Shown: positions 24,671 to 35,568 of the stretch, piece by piece
How positions within the stretch are numbered: the first letter of the stretch is position 1
How the letters are laid out: each line of letters starts with the position of its first letter
Source of the DNA: a virus
Reading direction: 5' to 3' (one strand)
Length of the DNA stretch: 64,000 bases
Virus record (IMG/VR): IMGVR_UViG_3300035661_000023
Location: 33,346 to 97,345 of that record
The notes under the pieces: model-generated
Databases searched by the model: none
Seen by the model: the letters and a program-made list of their open reading frames with translations, nothing else
Told to the model about the DNA's origin: nothing
Program-made: the position numbers and the translations under genes

Positions 24671-25300
24671 TCATGTGTCTCCCTCCCAGCAGGTACCTCT
24701 TGCTTCGAACAGTCTATTCAGAAAAGTTTTAAACTTGACTCCCTCTGATATGCCCATCCCCGCGCGTAGCTCTTTCATAAGGAGAACGGCCTCTGAATCT
24801 TTAAAAGTAGGCGGGAGACCTTTTTTAAAATCCACTATATCATTCCTAAAAGCAGCATCACGCATTTTGGTAGCCGACATACCTGTTGCTCCATCAGCAT
24901 CTGGATCTCTATCTCCAGCAGATACAATTTCAATCTAGCTAAAAGAATAATCTTTCCCATTATATTTGTTCAATAGTTCTTTAAATTCCGGAATCCGGTC
25001 TGAGCCTGCTACTACAACTAATTTGTCATACTTCCCAGACAGAGACTTAGCTAGTTCTACAATGGTTCTAATTTTGTCATTAGCAGCTACAATATTCACA
25101 CCGGGAAACATCTTCTTCGCCCAGAATACTTTTCTGTTCACGGGCAATGGATTCTTCTTCTTGTCCTGAGTCTTTGAAAGCATTATCATCTGATCTGCAC
25201 CTCTGTGGAGGGATTCCTCTACCACTTTCTTAACAAGTAGTAAGTGGCCAATTGTCTAAGGATTCATCCTAGCGAACTATAGAACTATCGTGTTTTTCAT
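24671..25300 (-). CDS. Cytidylyltransferase-family (HIGH) nucleotidyltransferase, 209 aa (3 TAG)
   Basis: FARMNP*TIGH, KKNPL, VAGSDR, SAGDRDPD and MSATKMR. Confidence 0.85.
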
Positions 25301-25302
25301 AG

Positions 25303-25998
25303 TTATCGGTTCTTGTTGGAATTATGAGCATCTGCCAAATGTTGCAGAGCATCTTTCTTGCTACTGAACCCAGTTTCTGAATACTGAGAACCAGCTGGAG
25401 TTTTATTGAACACATTCCCATGTCTGTTATGTTCACCACCATGGATGGTTGCTTGCCACAGTCTCACATTTTTGCGTGATGTGACGATGCGACTACCAGC
25501 AGGTTTCTTATCTTTATATCCAGAGTATGAAGCAACGTGACCAATATGCTTCCCTTCATGGAATACATCATGATGCTCTTTTGGTTGACCGCTTGCGTGT
25601 ACACCAACTGACTTTTCCTTGTTCTTCACTACATCGAACTTTACATCTCGAGATGCACTGGTAGCTGGAGAATCAGAAACAAAGGCTGCTTCTTCTAACT
25701 CAGAAGATTCATTCCTTCTGTATGGATTTGGATTCAATTTCTCAAAATCCTTAGAAACACTAGCATGAGGATATGCTACCTCGGTTCCGTCTTTATGCTG
25801 TAGAGTAGTAAGTGTTCTGCCGATCTTTGTTACTTTTCCAGAAAGAGTTTTGAATTTCATTGTCGGATGTTTAACCCAAACTGAATCACCAACTTTATGC
25901 TCTAGACCTTTGGCACCAGAATCTTTTTCTGCATTATAGGTATTACCGCGTTGTACCGCCTCATTCAGTCGAATACAATAATCTTTAAAGCTAATCAT
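25303..25998 (-). CDS. Putative internal head protein
   Basis: MISFKDY...LNE capsid-targeting-like N-terminus. Confidence 0.55.
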   Translation of the reverse strand: MISFKDYCIRLNEAVQRGNTYNAEKDSGAKGLEHKVGDSVWVKHPTMKFKTLSGKVTKIGRTLTTLQHKDGTEVAYPHASVSKDFEKLNPNPYRRNESSELEEAAFVSDSPATSASRDVKFDVVKNKEKSVGVHASGQPKEHHDVFHEGKHIGHVASYSGYKDKKPAGSRIVTSRKNVRLWQATIHGGEHNRHGNVFNKTPAGSQYSETGFSSKKDALQHLADAHNSNKNR

Positions 25999-26161
25999 TT
26001 TCCATCCTTGAAGTATTTTCAGTTCGCCAATTTAATATCTATTTAATATTTCTTCCCACATAATCAATTTTAAATTTTTCTTACATCCTATTTTCTCACT
26101 TGACTACTATAATCAAACTACTGATGTAAATGGTTTTGACAAATTTTACAATCGAATTCAC

Positions 26162-27412
26162 TTATGATCTTGCTGTCTAATCCCAACCTTTAATTATCTT
26201 AGGATCCCAATTATTTTTGCTGAATGCAAATCTGTCTACCAACTTAACAGCATCACCATCACTATTAATTGCTACAAAACCTTCGGGAGATGTTACTTTG
26301 TACCCATTTTCTGTGCGGAGTAGATGCTTGATATTCTAAGCACGATTGAGTACACCAACAATAACACCTTTTACTTCATCTATAGAATATGAGAGATCGA
26401 AAATTTTCCCAAGTTCGGCAGTATTTATCGACGTCAGGAACTCTAGCACTCTCTGTCTTTTGGCAGTTGCAGAATCCTTTCCCTTAGCAGACTTCTTCTA
26501 TTCGATATCCTTGGCATACCTGTCATGTACAAATTGTAAGAACCCGGCAGCAATCTTGATACCAGGTTCCACCTTGGTACCAGTCTTTACTCTATTATTG
26601 ATATACATCAACATCAAATCAAGTGCTTCCTGGTCTGAATGAATATGATCGATGATTCGACCGTTAATCTAGTTAAAGAGTTTACCAATATCAGACAACT
26701 TCTTCTGCACTAGTGCATCTTCCTCCGGTGTGAAGTTTGCACGGCCGGTCTGATTCTCATACGTAGCATCAATAGCCCATACAGAACTGACCTTCTTTAG
26801 ATCAACAGTAAGACGCTCACCGAATGATGCATTCAGAGAAGCAAAATCAGATCCAGTATACTTGGTGTGAAAAGCAATACCAAGTTTGGATTTCTTGATA
26901 GTAGCACCGAGTTCAGAATCAACAGGAATCGCATACACAATTGTGTTTGGTTGGAAAGTGTAGCACTTCTCACCATCAATTTCATGTGTCCCAAGATCAC
27001 CAGGTGTGTACAATAGATCACCCTGGATGATACCTTTGATACCCAACTTCTTCAGTTCCGGCAGAGCAATAGAGAACTTAGTATGCAGTTCTCCGGACAG
27101 ATCTGCGTCGATATCAGCTTGGGTTTTGTAAACTTTTGGGCTTTTATTAAAAATACCCTTCTTGGCTATGAAGAACTTACCATCTGATGGATCAATACCA
27201 CAGATGATTGCGGGAGCTCCGTCCCACTTCACACTTACATTAGAAGAAGTCTTGGCACCATTATTCCTGAGCATGTCTCTAACATCACGCAGGAAGTTGA
27301 TGGCTTTTCTTGTCCCAGTAACTCCCTCCATGAATACCAAGTCCTGGAGATGTGTCATATGAGAATTTACTTTTGCTTCTTGAATGAGCTTATATTCTTT
27401 AAAACTTATCAT
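26162..27412 (-). CDS. Conserved T4-like protein with ligase-like KWDG motif (DUF6267-like), 416 aa (4 TAG)
   Basis: HMTHLQDL, SVKWDGAPA, QGDLL, FQPNTIVY, PEGFV and AVKLVDR. Confidence 0.8.
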
Positions 27413-28071
27413 TTGTTCCACTCCGCCCACATACCTGTTGCTGGGGCATAATATGCACCGCGATTTTGGTACAGTTTGAACTATCTTTTTACATCGAATT
27501 TCAGTTCCAATTTATCAGGCGCAACTGGCATCTCATAGAAATCATTACCCTTTTTTGAAGCTAATGGGACTCCTCCAGCATTCATGATCTGTTGTGCTAT
27601 CTTTTCATCATATGAATCCTTAAGGATTCGAACAAAACCGTGTATTTTAACACCTGGGATCTTGTACAGCTATTGCCAATTACGTCTGCCACCTGCTGTC
27701 TATAAATTGTCTGCTGCTATATTGAATCCAAGAATACTCATAGCAATCCCGTAGAGACTCTTTGCCATACCTCTGCCTCTTAATTCGGGATTGACATGGA
27801 TTAGAGATGCTACTCTAACAGGCACGGGGTAGTCGGTTGGATACCGATTTGTCAATTCTAAGAATCCAGCCTCTACTAACTCTTCTTTTTTAGTGTCAGC
27901 ATAGATCACAATGACGAGTGTATCACCTCGTTTTTCAGACAACCAAAATAGATCAGAGCCACCAGGAAGTGGCTTTAGCTTTTTGTCTGTCTTTGCAATC
28001 GAGCTCGCCGGTTGTAGTGTGAAAGGATAGACCTTATTGATTTCGTTAAGATATTCTTTAAACGACAACAT
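27409..28071 (-). CDS. GNAT-fold putative acetyltransferase, 220 aa (3 TAG)
   Basis: VNPELRGRGMAKSLY acetyl-CoA motif and TAGGRRNW; MLSFKEYLNE N-terminus. Confidence 0.65.
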
Positions 28072-28072
28072 G

Positions 28073-29128
28073 TCAACAGAATCGGAGAGTAAATTTCTGC
28101 CATTCTTCCTATGAACCACCCATTTTTTCTACACCAGCTCTTGTATTAAGAGCTCGAACAAAAGAACGAATGTTAGCTGTCTTTTCTGGGATTTTTCTCT
28201 TTTTCAGAATTTCGATGATTTCTTTTCGTTCTGCTTCATCCAACTTATAGTCAACATCAAGAGGAATCTTCATACAGATCTTGCCAAGGAAGTCATAGAT
28301 TTCTTCATTTGTAGGATCGATGTTGATAATATATCCACGAGTACGCAGAGCACCATCTGGGTCCAATTTGTTTAGTTGCAGATTGGAAATACCAATGATC
28401 TTGCCGGTAAACTCAAATGAACGGGGTAGTTCATCCTGCTCCCCTTCTGAATCCCAATCATAATCAGCAGCATCAACATAATTCTTGCCACCTTTTTGCC
28501 AAGAAATTTTTCTAACTTTTTTAGTATCGGCTGCGGCTTTGAACAAATTCCTAGAATCAACATCTAAGAAAGCGCCATCACTGTCGTCAAAAAGTATAAT
28601 TTCTTTGCGATGCTGAAATAGAATTCTATAGATACCAGCAGTGGACGCAGTGCCTGTTATTTTTACATACCCATCACCATCTGTTTTACCTGCAGCCTTC
28701 AGCTCATCTTCAACGTTTTGCGTTTTACCGGTATTATGGTGATTGATACCATCTGCGGTTAGATATGTATGCTTCTCCGAATCTACTTCCATGTCGTAGA
28801 ATTCGGATTCTCCATAAGTAGAAATATCTGCTACTTTTACCGTACCATTAATAGTTTCAATCTCATCTCCCACAGAAAGATCACGAGCGAATATTTTACC
28901 ATCTGGAGACATAAAAATATGTTCAGACGAGCATTCTACTGTAGCACCGGAATCAAATACCACAGATGTCGATCTTCCAGTTTTTACAACAAAACTTTTC
29001 ACAGGTTTAAAACCATCTTTTGTTTCGATTTTGATCTTAAGATCAGAGATATTATAAAAAGTTCCGATGTCTAGCTTACCGAACTTCTCTTCTACCATCT
29101 ATTTAATTGCCGACAGAGTTGTTTTCAT
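28073..29128 (-). CDS. Split intein C-fragment (132 aa) fused to the C-extein of a P-loop ATPase (2 TAG)
   Basis: Intein blocks CSSEH, FYDMEV and HHN followed by TGKT; Walker B IILFDD; ATG at 29128. Confidence 0.88.
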
Positions 29129-29263
29129 TTAGTTCTTTCAAATAAGAGATTGAGATTATCTTGATTATTTATCAATTCATTCATTTCATCTAAAATAGAG
29201 TTGAAATTGGAAATTATAAGTTTAACCTATTTGAATATTAATTTCAGTCTTGCCGGCTAAACA
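28733..29263 (-). mobile_element. Naturally split mini-intein (IntN 29225-29263, IntC 28733-29128)
   Basis: CLAGKTEINIQIG-TAA, 93-nt spacer, then new ORF ending HN/T; no endonuclease domain. Confidence 0.85.
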
Positions 29264-30157
29264 GCCCCCTCTTCCAGAAATGAACAGGGCTTGAGTTGCA
29301 TTCTACATCAGAAGTTTCATAGCAGTCTTCAAAGAATCTAGCTGCTCCTCGTATGACAGACGCTCGATATCTGCTTCAGATGTACCTTCGACTTCAACTT
29401 CTTCTTTCTACCCAGGTTGAACAGAGTAAGAAACAACTTCATCATCCCCACTTACTGCTGCCAGGATCTTTGCTGCATCTAACTTAGCAACAACTTGTTG
29501 ATTTACTACATTCTTGGTACCTTCCTTCTGTAGGATGTTTGGGTACATTTTGATAATGAGACCGTTGATCATGTTCCAGCCTGCGCCAAATTTCTTTGAA
29601 CCCCCGGCCTTATATTGATCGTTCATATGAATACCTTGCTTCCATGCTGCAATAACGGCAGTGAGAGTCTTGGAAATTTCACCAGAAGAATATCTAGCTT
29701 CATTGATTTCAGCTACACGAGTGAAGTCTGTTATCATTGGTATGTGCTGAATCTACACAAACTCATTAATGTAGAAACCAGATTTATCTAAACCACCCTG
29801 TATTAGGTCTACCACCATTGGGAGAACTTTAATAATCTACTGCTCATGATCTAGTTTAATATGATGAGATGGGTTTGGCTGTGGAGTCTTAGAACCATCC
29901 CAGAAATCGATGGAAACTAGTCCCTGTGAGCCGATTTTACCAACTGTTTTCCAGTTCATACGTACGGATTTAGCACTCCCTCCATCCATGATAAAGAATC
30001 TGACACCAACATGTTGTACACCACCTGATGGAATAAAAACTTCTGGTGTTGGGTATGGGAACACTTTATTCCCAAGTTTTGAACGCAGATACTTCATGAT
30101 TAGAAGTTGCGAGGATGTAAAATCTTTTGAGCGAATTGCTTCGGTAATTAGGTTCAT
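29222..30157 (-). CDS. N-extein of the P-loop ATPase plus 13-aa split intein N-fragment (4 TAG)
   Basis: ...ALFISGRGG-CLAGKTEINIQIG then TAA; single frame from ATG 30157. Confidence 0.85.
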
Positions 30158-30219
30158 GTTGAAAATATCTCCATCTAATATGTTGATCATGAAGCTATTT
30201 AATCAATATCTACTTGCTA

Positions 30220-30239
30220 AAAAGCCCTCCGAAGAGGGC
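30220..30239 (-). terminator. Rho-independent terminator with UUCG tetraloop
   Basis: GCCCTC-TTCG-GAGGGC-TTTT on the minus strand. Confidence 0.85.
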
Positions 30240-30255
30240 AATTATTATGCAATTA

Positions 30256-31083
30256 TCAGATTTTCACAAATGTGATGTGCTGTTCTTTTTCTCTTGGGAG
30301 AACTTCACCATACGAATTGCGAATATCACAATTTACATTCCATGCATCACGAAGAATACTCAAAGACATATCTGAAAAATGTATCAATGCCGGGACATCT
30401 TTGCTAAAACATGCAGATCCAGTTCCAGCTCTTCCATCATGCCCAGGTACAACACTATGACTTTGTCCTATGCGAGGGTCACATGTGAATGCATCTCTGA
30501 CTGTGTCGTAAGCAGCACCATGTTTTTCCATCAATTCTTTCATCTGGTTCCAGAAAACAACTTTCAATGCAAGATATGAGTTGATGGAATACTTGGTAAA
30601 TGATGCCTCTTTTGCAGACATTTTCTTCACAGGACATTTATTGCAAATGCTATATTTCTCATAGATCATTTGCAACTGTGTACAGTATACTTCATTGCCG
30701 CCAAATACATGCACAAATGGATTCTCAAAATCCCAAGCTGCATTCTTTTCCGTCAGAAACTCAGGATTATAGATAAAATTCTTGTATCGTTTGGATAAAC
30801 GATCAACGATATCAGGGATAACCGTTGATTTCAACACAAGAAGTGTGTCAAGCTCTTTGAGTTCTTCAAGTACTTTTTCTACAATAGAAGAGTCGATCTG
30901 ACCATTCTCTCCCATCGGTGTTGGCACACAAATAAAAACGACATCTGGTTTCTTGTCAAGTAGATCAGATGTGTGTGTTCCTAGTAAAGGATCGATCAGT
31001 ACGATGTTTTGTTTATTGAATCCATGTGCAACTGCCCTCCCGACGAAGCCAGCTCCTACAACAGCTACTGTAATTTTCTTCAT
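30256..31083 (-). CDS. ugd: UDP-glucose 6-dehydrogenase (short phage form)
   Basis: GAGFVG, ICVPTP, KSTV, YNPEFL, KYSINSYLA, DPRIG and catalytic CFSKD. Confidence 0.88.
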   Translation of the reverse strand: MKKITVAVVGAGFVGRAVAHGFNKQNIVLIDPLLGTHTSDLLDKKPDVVFICVPTPMGENGQIDSSIVEKVLEELKELDTLLVLKSTVIPDIVDRLSKRYKNFIYNPEFLTEKNAAWDFENPFVHVFGGNEVYCTQLQMIYEKYSICNKCPVKKMSAKEASFTKYSINSYLALKVVFWNQMKELMEKHGAAYDTVRDAFTCDPRIGQSHSVVPGHDGRAGTGSACFSKDVPALIHFSDMSLSILRDAWNVNCDIRNSYGEVLPREKEQHITFVKI

Positions 31084-31129
31084 AATAACCTTTCAATCAT
31101 ATAATAACTCAGTATGTAATAAGATTATA

Positions 31130-32059
31130 TCATGATTTTAATTTGAAGTATTCGACAGTTCGTGTCAAACCATCATCCAAACTAATCTCTGGTTGCCAAC
31201 CAAGTAGTGTCTTAGCTTTAGTAATATCAGGGCAACGTTGCTTTGGATCGTCACCAGGGAGTGGCTTGAACACGATCTTAGATTTAGACCCAGTCTTTCT
31301 GAGGATGATCTCTGCTAATTCTAGCATAGTCTTTTCTCCAGGTGTACCAAGATTCACCGGCGTCTGAACATCAGAATCGATGAGAGCTCGAAGTCCACGA
31401 ATAAGGTCTGATACATAACAGAAAGATCTTGTCTGTGATCCATCTCCATAGATAGTAATATCTTCCCCAGTGAGTGCTTGGTTGATGAAATTTGTCACAA
31501 CCCTTCCATCGTTTTTATCTAGATTCGGACCGTACGTATTGAAAATTCTGGCAATACGGATCTGTGTGCCGTGCTGTCTAGACCAATCTGTCATTAGTGT
31601 CTCTGCTGCTCTTTTTCCTTCATCATAGCAAGAACGAACACCGATAGAATTAACATTTCCCCAATAAGTTTCTGGCTGAGGAGACACTGTTGGGTCACCA
31701 TAAATTTCGGATGTTGATGCCTGGAATACTACGGTATCTTTCCCCCATGCTTGTACTAATGCATGCTTGACACCCATCACAGATGTGAAGAAAGTACCAG
31801 TGGGGTCTGCTTGATATTTTGGTGGAGATGCAGGACATCCTAAGTTAGCAATAATGTCAAAATGACCAAAGTTATAGGGATGTCTTACATCATGCTCGAC
31901 GAACTCAAACTTTTCATTGTGGATATCTACCAGATTCTTTTTTGATCCAGTCTGTAAGTTGTCAATGCCTACAACTTGATACCCATCTGTTAGAAAAGAT
32001 CTCACCAACCAAGACCCCAAAAAACCAGCGGCACCAGTAACCAGAACTCTCTTACTCAT
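31130..32059 (-). CDS. uxs: UDP-glucuronate decarboxylase (UDP-xylose synthase)
   Basis: GAAGFLG, CPASPPKYQ, ASTSEIYGDP, RSCYDEGKR, RIFNTYGP, DGRVVTNF and DDPKQRCPDI. Confidence 0.9.
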   Translation of the reverse strand: MSKRVLVTGAAGFLGSWLVRSFLTDGYQVVGIDNLQTGSKKNLVDIHNEKFEFVEHDVRHPYNFGHFDIIANLGCPASPPKYQADPTGTFFTSVMGVKHALVQAWGKDTVVFQASTSEIYGDPTVSPQPETYWGNVNSIGVRSCYDEGKRAAETLMTDWSRQHGTQIRIARIFNTYGPNLDKNDGRVVTNFINQALTGEDITIYGDGSQTRSFCYVSDLIRGLRALIDSDVQTPVNLGTPGEKTMLELAEIILRKTGSKSKIVFKPLPGDDPKQRCPDITKAKTLLGWQPEISLDDGLTRTVEYFKLKS

Positions 32060-32298
32060 TCATCTTCTCCAAAAAATTGTGACATAGCATTACGTTTGTC
32101 TTTTGCTGCATGCCATTTGATGTGCATCTGTGTGTCTTTTTTCATGCCCTTCAGCCTTGGCTCATCAATAAGATCGGCAAATTCCTCAAGATCTTTTTTA
32201 TTACGGAAGCGCATTATAGTAAAGACACCTTTGCCTCTTCGCATTCTTGGTATTTCAATTTGAATTGGTTTCTTTTCTTCATCTTCAAACAACATCAT
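32056..32298 (-). CDS. Small acidic protein, glycosyltransferase-associated
   Basis: MRF..KDLEEFADLI pattern, weakly paralogous to the neighbour. Confidence 0.55.
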   Translation of the reverse strand: MMLFEDEEKKPIQIEIPRMRRGKGVFTIMRFRNKKDLEEFADLIDEPRLKGMKKDTQMHIKWHAAKDKRNAMSQFFGEDE

Positions 32299-32596
32299 CT
32301 TCTCCTTCCTCAATCCAGATATAAGAACCACCCCCTCCCCTTTCTCCGCGTTCAAGAGCTGGGTACCAGAATGATTTCACAGAACGTTTTCCTTCATCAA
32401 GAAGGGTATCATAATCATTGCCGGTAAGTTCGATGAATGCTTTTACATCCTCTTCTGTTTCTAGATTGATCTCAACAGTATACGGCGCATCGAAATGTGG
32501 TTGAACATACGGGGGAAGATTTATGTAGCCAGTTTTATCTTCAGTTCCACCGATAATATGATCTAATGTTGATACAGTTTGTTTGCCTCTAGCCAT
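32285..32596 (-). CDS. Small acidic protein, glycosyltransferase-associated
   Basis: LPPYVQ...EEDVKAFIEL...KSFWYP. Confidence 0.6.
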   Translation of the reverse strand: MARGKQTVSTLDHIIGGTEDKTGYINLPPYVQPHFDAPYTVEINLETEEDVKAFIELTGNDYDTLLDEGKRSVKSFWYPALERGERGGGGSYIWIEEGEDDVV

Positions 32597-32597
32597 A

Positions 32598-33542
32598 TTA
32601 ATCTCCCATTTCCATTTTTACCGAATCAACACCGCCTGGAACATCAGTATATGCCGAAGTGATATCACTCGGGTCACTAAGTTTAACCAGTTTCAATTTA
32701 GTGGGATATTCTTTTGGCCAATTTGCACCAGGTTTAAGTTTGAGCTTATTGAATTTCTGGAATCTGGAATAATCAACATGATGGTGCCAGCGTGAGTGCT
32801 TCTGTGTCACAACACACACATCTGGGTGTGCCTTAGCAAGTGATGCAGCAAATGCATAGCGATTATCAAATCCTGCCTACCCAACTTTGTACACTGTATC
32901 CGTATTTCCCCCTTTTAGTATCATAGTAGGGGCCTTTCCAGCCAAAAAACTATTCAAGAGAATAGTACAATATCCTTCTTTCATAATTTGAAGAGAAAGA
33001 TCTGTGTCCTCATTGAATGGTGCTGGCTTGCCATCCCACTCTAGAATCCTCCATCTGGGGGTTATTCTTGTGTCTAAAAGAATACAAGAATAAACTCGAG
33101 TATTATAATATGCGGGTTCTTTAGCTACAAATGAAGGAGCGAAGAAATGATAGTTGAGACCTGACATTCCTACATTTTCAAATCTGTCTGTATAATCTTC
33201 GCAGACTCGAAATGGCATTGCCGACTTGACCCGCAATTTTGTGTTATTATGTAGACGATAGAAATACCGCAAGTTATCATCTAAACACCAGTATCTATTG
33301 TGACCCTCTGATTTGGCGTGTTCCCATGCCCAATTCCTAGCGGGAATTGACCCAAGACCTAGATTACTGAATGGGAGAACAAGAATTTTCTTTGGATCAA
33401 TGACAGCAGCATATTGATCATATTCCTGTGGTTCTACTACCATTCTATAGTTCACACCCATTTCTTCTAGAGAACGGGAAGTCATTCTAGACTCCCATCG
33501 ACCTTTGCTTGGCACATATATCGGGTACTTAGGTTGTTTCAT
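32598..33542 (-). CDS. GT-A fold glycosyltransferase (TAGT/GREB1-like), 314 aa (1 TAG at 32877)
   Basis: PKYPIYVPSKGR, ARNWAWEHA, LDDN, YSCIL, NEDTDLSL, KGGNT and RWHHHVDY. Confidence 0.82.
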
Positions 33543-33610
33543 CCGTATCCTTTCATAATAAGTTCAATTATAACACATCATGAGTATGTAGAAAGGTAGA
33601 TCAATCTCTC

Positions 33611-33967
33611 TCATTCTGTTTGAAAATAACTCCGAGCACCAGACACAGATGGTTCAATAAATTTGGTACCCATCCCAGCCAGATATTTTCTTACAAATGA
33701 TTCTGTGAAGAATTTTTTTCCGGTTGGGTAATACATTGTGATCACATTCAACTCATCTTTTAGAAAGACACAATAAAAAACTGCTTCGATACCTGAGATC
33801 TGAACTAAATTCATGAATGTGTCAAATCTTTTGTCATCCAGTATATTTCCTGATTTGTCGAGTACTAATTTCTCTCTGGCAGACACAGAGAGAACAATAT
33901 TGTATTTTGATTCTATTTTAGGATATTTCATATTTTCTTTCATGAGATTCATTATAACATAGTACAA
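33611..33967 (-). CDS. Hypothetical protein
   Basis: Uninterrupted ORF; start uncertain. Confidence 0.5.
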   Translation of the reverse strand: MYYVIMNLMKENMKYPKIESKYNIVLSVSAREKLVLDKSGNILDDKRFDTFMNLVQISGIEAVFYCVFLKDELNVITMYYPTGKKFFTESFVRKYLAGMGTKFIEPSVSGARSYFQTE

Positions 33968-33987
33968 CCGCTGTAGAATAGAACAAA

Positions 33988-34977
33988 TCAGAAGAAGTCA
34001 AGTTCTTGTTCTTTGTTGTAGTTGTTCATTCTACTAAACTGGTACTTCAGGTGATGCCCCCTCGCCCTTTCCAGCTTCCGATGATAGATATGTCTAGGTT
34101 CTGTATACCAGTGATCTGGGTAGCATAGAACATTTGTATGTTCTGAGAGTCTGTCTATAAATCTCAGAGTAGCTTTAGTTCTATCTTCTGCGGAACCATA
34201 GAAAAATTGACCCTTGTAACTAGTAGTTGGTGTCAATTTTCTATCTTCACCTACAACTGGCACAGGAGAACATAGCCAAACTTTCTTACCGATAGAATTC
34301 AAGTATGAAATCTGCTCAAGATATCTATCTGCCAACATGTCTATAGAGTACCATGGATCAGACTGTCGAAAGATATGAAACTGTATATCTACACTCCCAA
34401 GCATGAAGTACATATTCTTGGCTTTTGTCTTACCCCAGTCTTTGAATTGATCTCTGTTTAGCGAACCATTTAGAGTTTGAGCACGTAGTTTCATAGTTGG
34501 AACTCCTGCTGGGACAGCACTATATGAGTGACTGTCGCCAATCATGATCGAATCTGTGACAAGATCTTCTGCTGTGATACAGCTAATATTAATGGCCTTT
34601 TCTTTCACAGCTTCGCAAACTTCTAATTTCACACCATGAAATGTACTATCCGTCATCGTCTGCGCTCTTTGAATGAAAGAATCCAAAGATGCTTCTGGTA
34701 TTCTCACACCGATAGAACAGAACTTAGCATTTGATGTTAAGAAGTTTTCCAGACACCTATAATTCTTTTCTGCAAGACCACCAAAAAGACTTAACGGTTG
34801 AGCCTTATCTTTATCTCCTGGATCATAGTTGTTACCGAGATAAAGATAAACCATGTCAGCACCAGCATAGTCATAAGAGACACTAGCATCAAGAACAGAT
34901 GCCCACTGCTTGCATTCAAGATAAGAATATGAATCTTCGCCTCCGATCGGAGAATGAAACCCAATTACTTTCCTCAT
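33988..34977 (-). CDS. SGNH/GDSL-like domain protein
   Basis: IGDSHS, LGSVDIQFH and a C-terminal HL motif. Confidence 0.55.
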   Translation of the reverse strand: MRKVIGFHSPIGGEDSYSYLECKQWASVLDASVSYDYAGADMVYLYLGNNYDPGDKDKAQPLSLFGGLAEKNYRCLENFLTSNAKFCSIGVRIPEASLDSFIQRAQTMTDSTFHGVKLEVCEAVKEKAINISCITAEDLVTDSIMIGDSHSYSAVPAGVPTMKLRAQTLNGSLNRDQFKDWGKTKAKNMYFMLGSVDIQFHIFRQSDPWYSIDMLADRYLEQISYLNSIGKKVWLCSPVPVVGEDRKLTPTTSYKGQFFYGSAEDRTKATLRFIDRLSEHTNVLCYPDHWYTEPRHIYHRKLERARGHHLKYQFSRMNNYNKEQELDFF

Positions 34978-35567
34978 TAGAACTCCAGTGCACCAATTCT
35001 ATCAGCGATACCATATTCTACAACCTGTGCTGGATTTAACCAACGATCTGACTTACCGATCAAGTTCTTGATGATCTTCTGTTTTTGCAAACCTGTACAT
35101 TTCATGTACTGATCCAAGATACGATCCTGGGTGTTCTGTAATTCACGCTGAATTTCTTTGATATCCCAGTGATTACCACCAACATCAGTTGAATATGTGT
35201 GAGACATAGAAGCACATGTACGAGTAATCACCCTATAGCCTGGGGTACCAGACATAAGAATAAGCATAGCAGCGGACACACATTGCCCCAAAGCAATTGT
35301 TTCTACTGGAATCTTACTAGCTTCCATCACTTCAATAAGAGCAAACGCTGCTTGAAGTTCACCACCCGGTGAATTGATCAAGATACGGATCTTGTCTTTC
35401 GGTTCTGATCGATATTGTTCACCAATAATTACATTGCACGCCTGGGCGACAATATCATCAGTGATATCGCCGAACAGGAGAATTGTAGTAGGCCCATCAT
35501 CTTCTACTGCATACTCTAGTTCTTGATCTTCGGCTTGAAGATCCTATTCTGCCATCTTTTTTGTCAT
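34977..35567 (-). CDS. clpP: ClpP-like serine protease, 196 aa (TAG at codon 8)
   Basis: ILLFGDI, INSPGG, GQCVSAA (Ser), MSH (His), DRWL and YGIAD. Confidence 0.88.
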
Positions 35568-35568
35568 A

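Noticed and set aside
29129-29221. Group I intron or homing endonuclease between the intein halves
   Set aside because: Only 93 AT-rich nt, too short, and it contains a late promoter for the downstream half.
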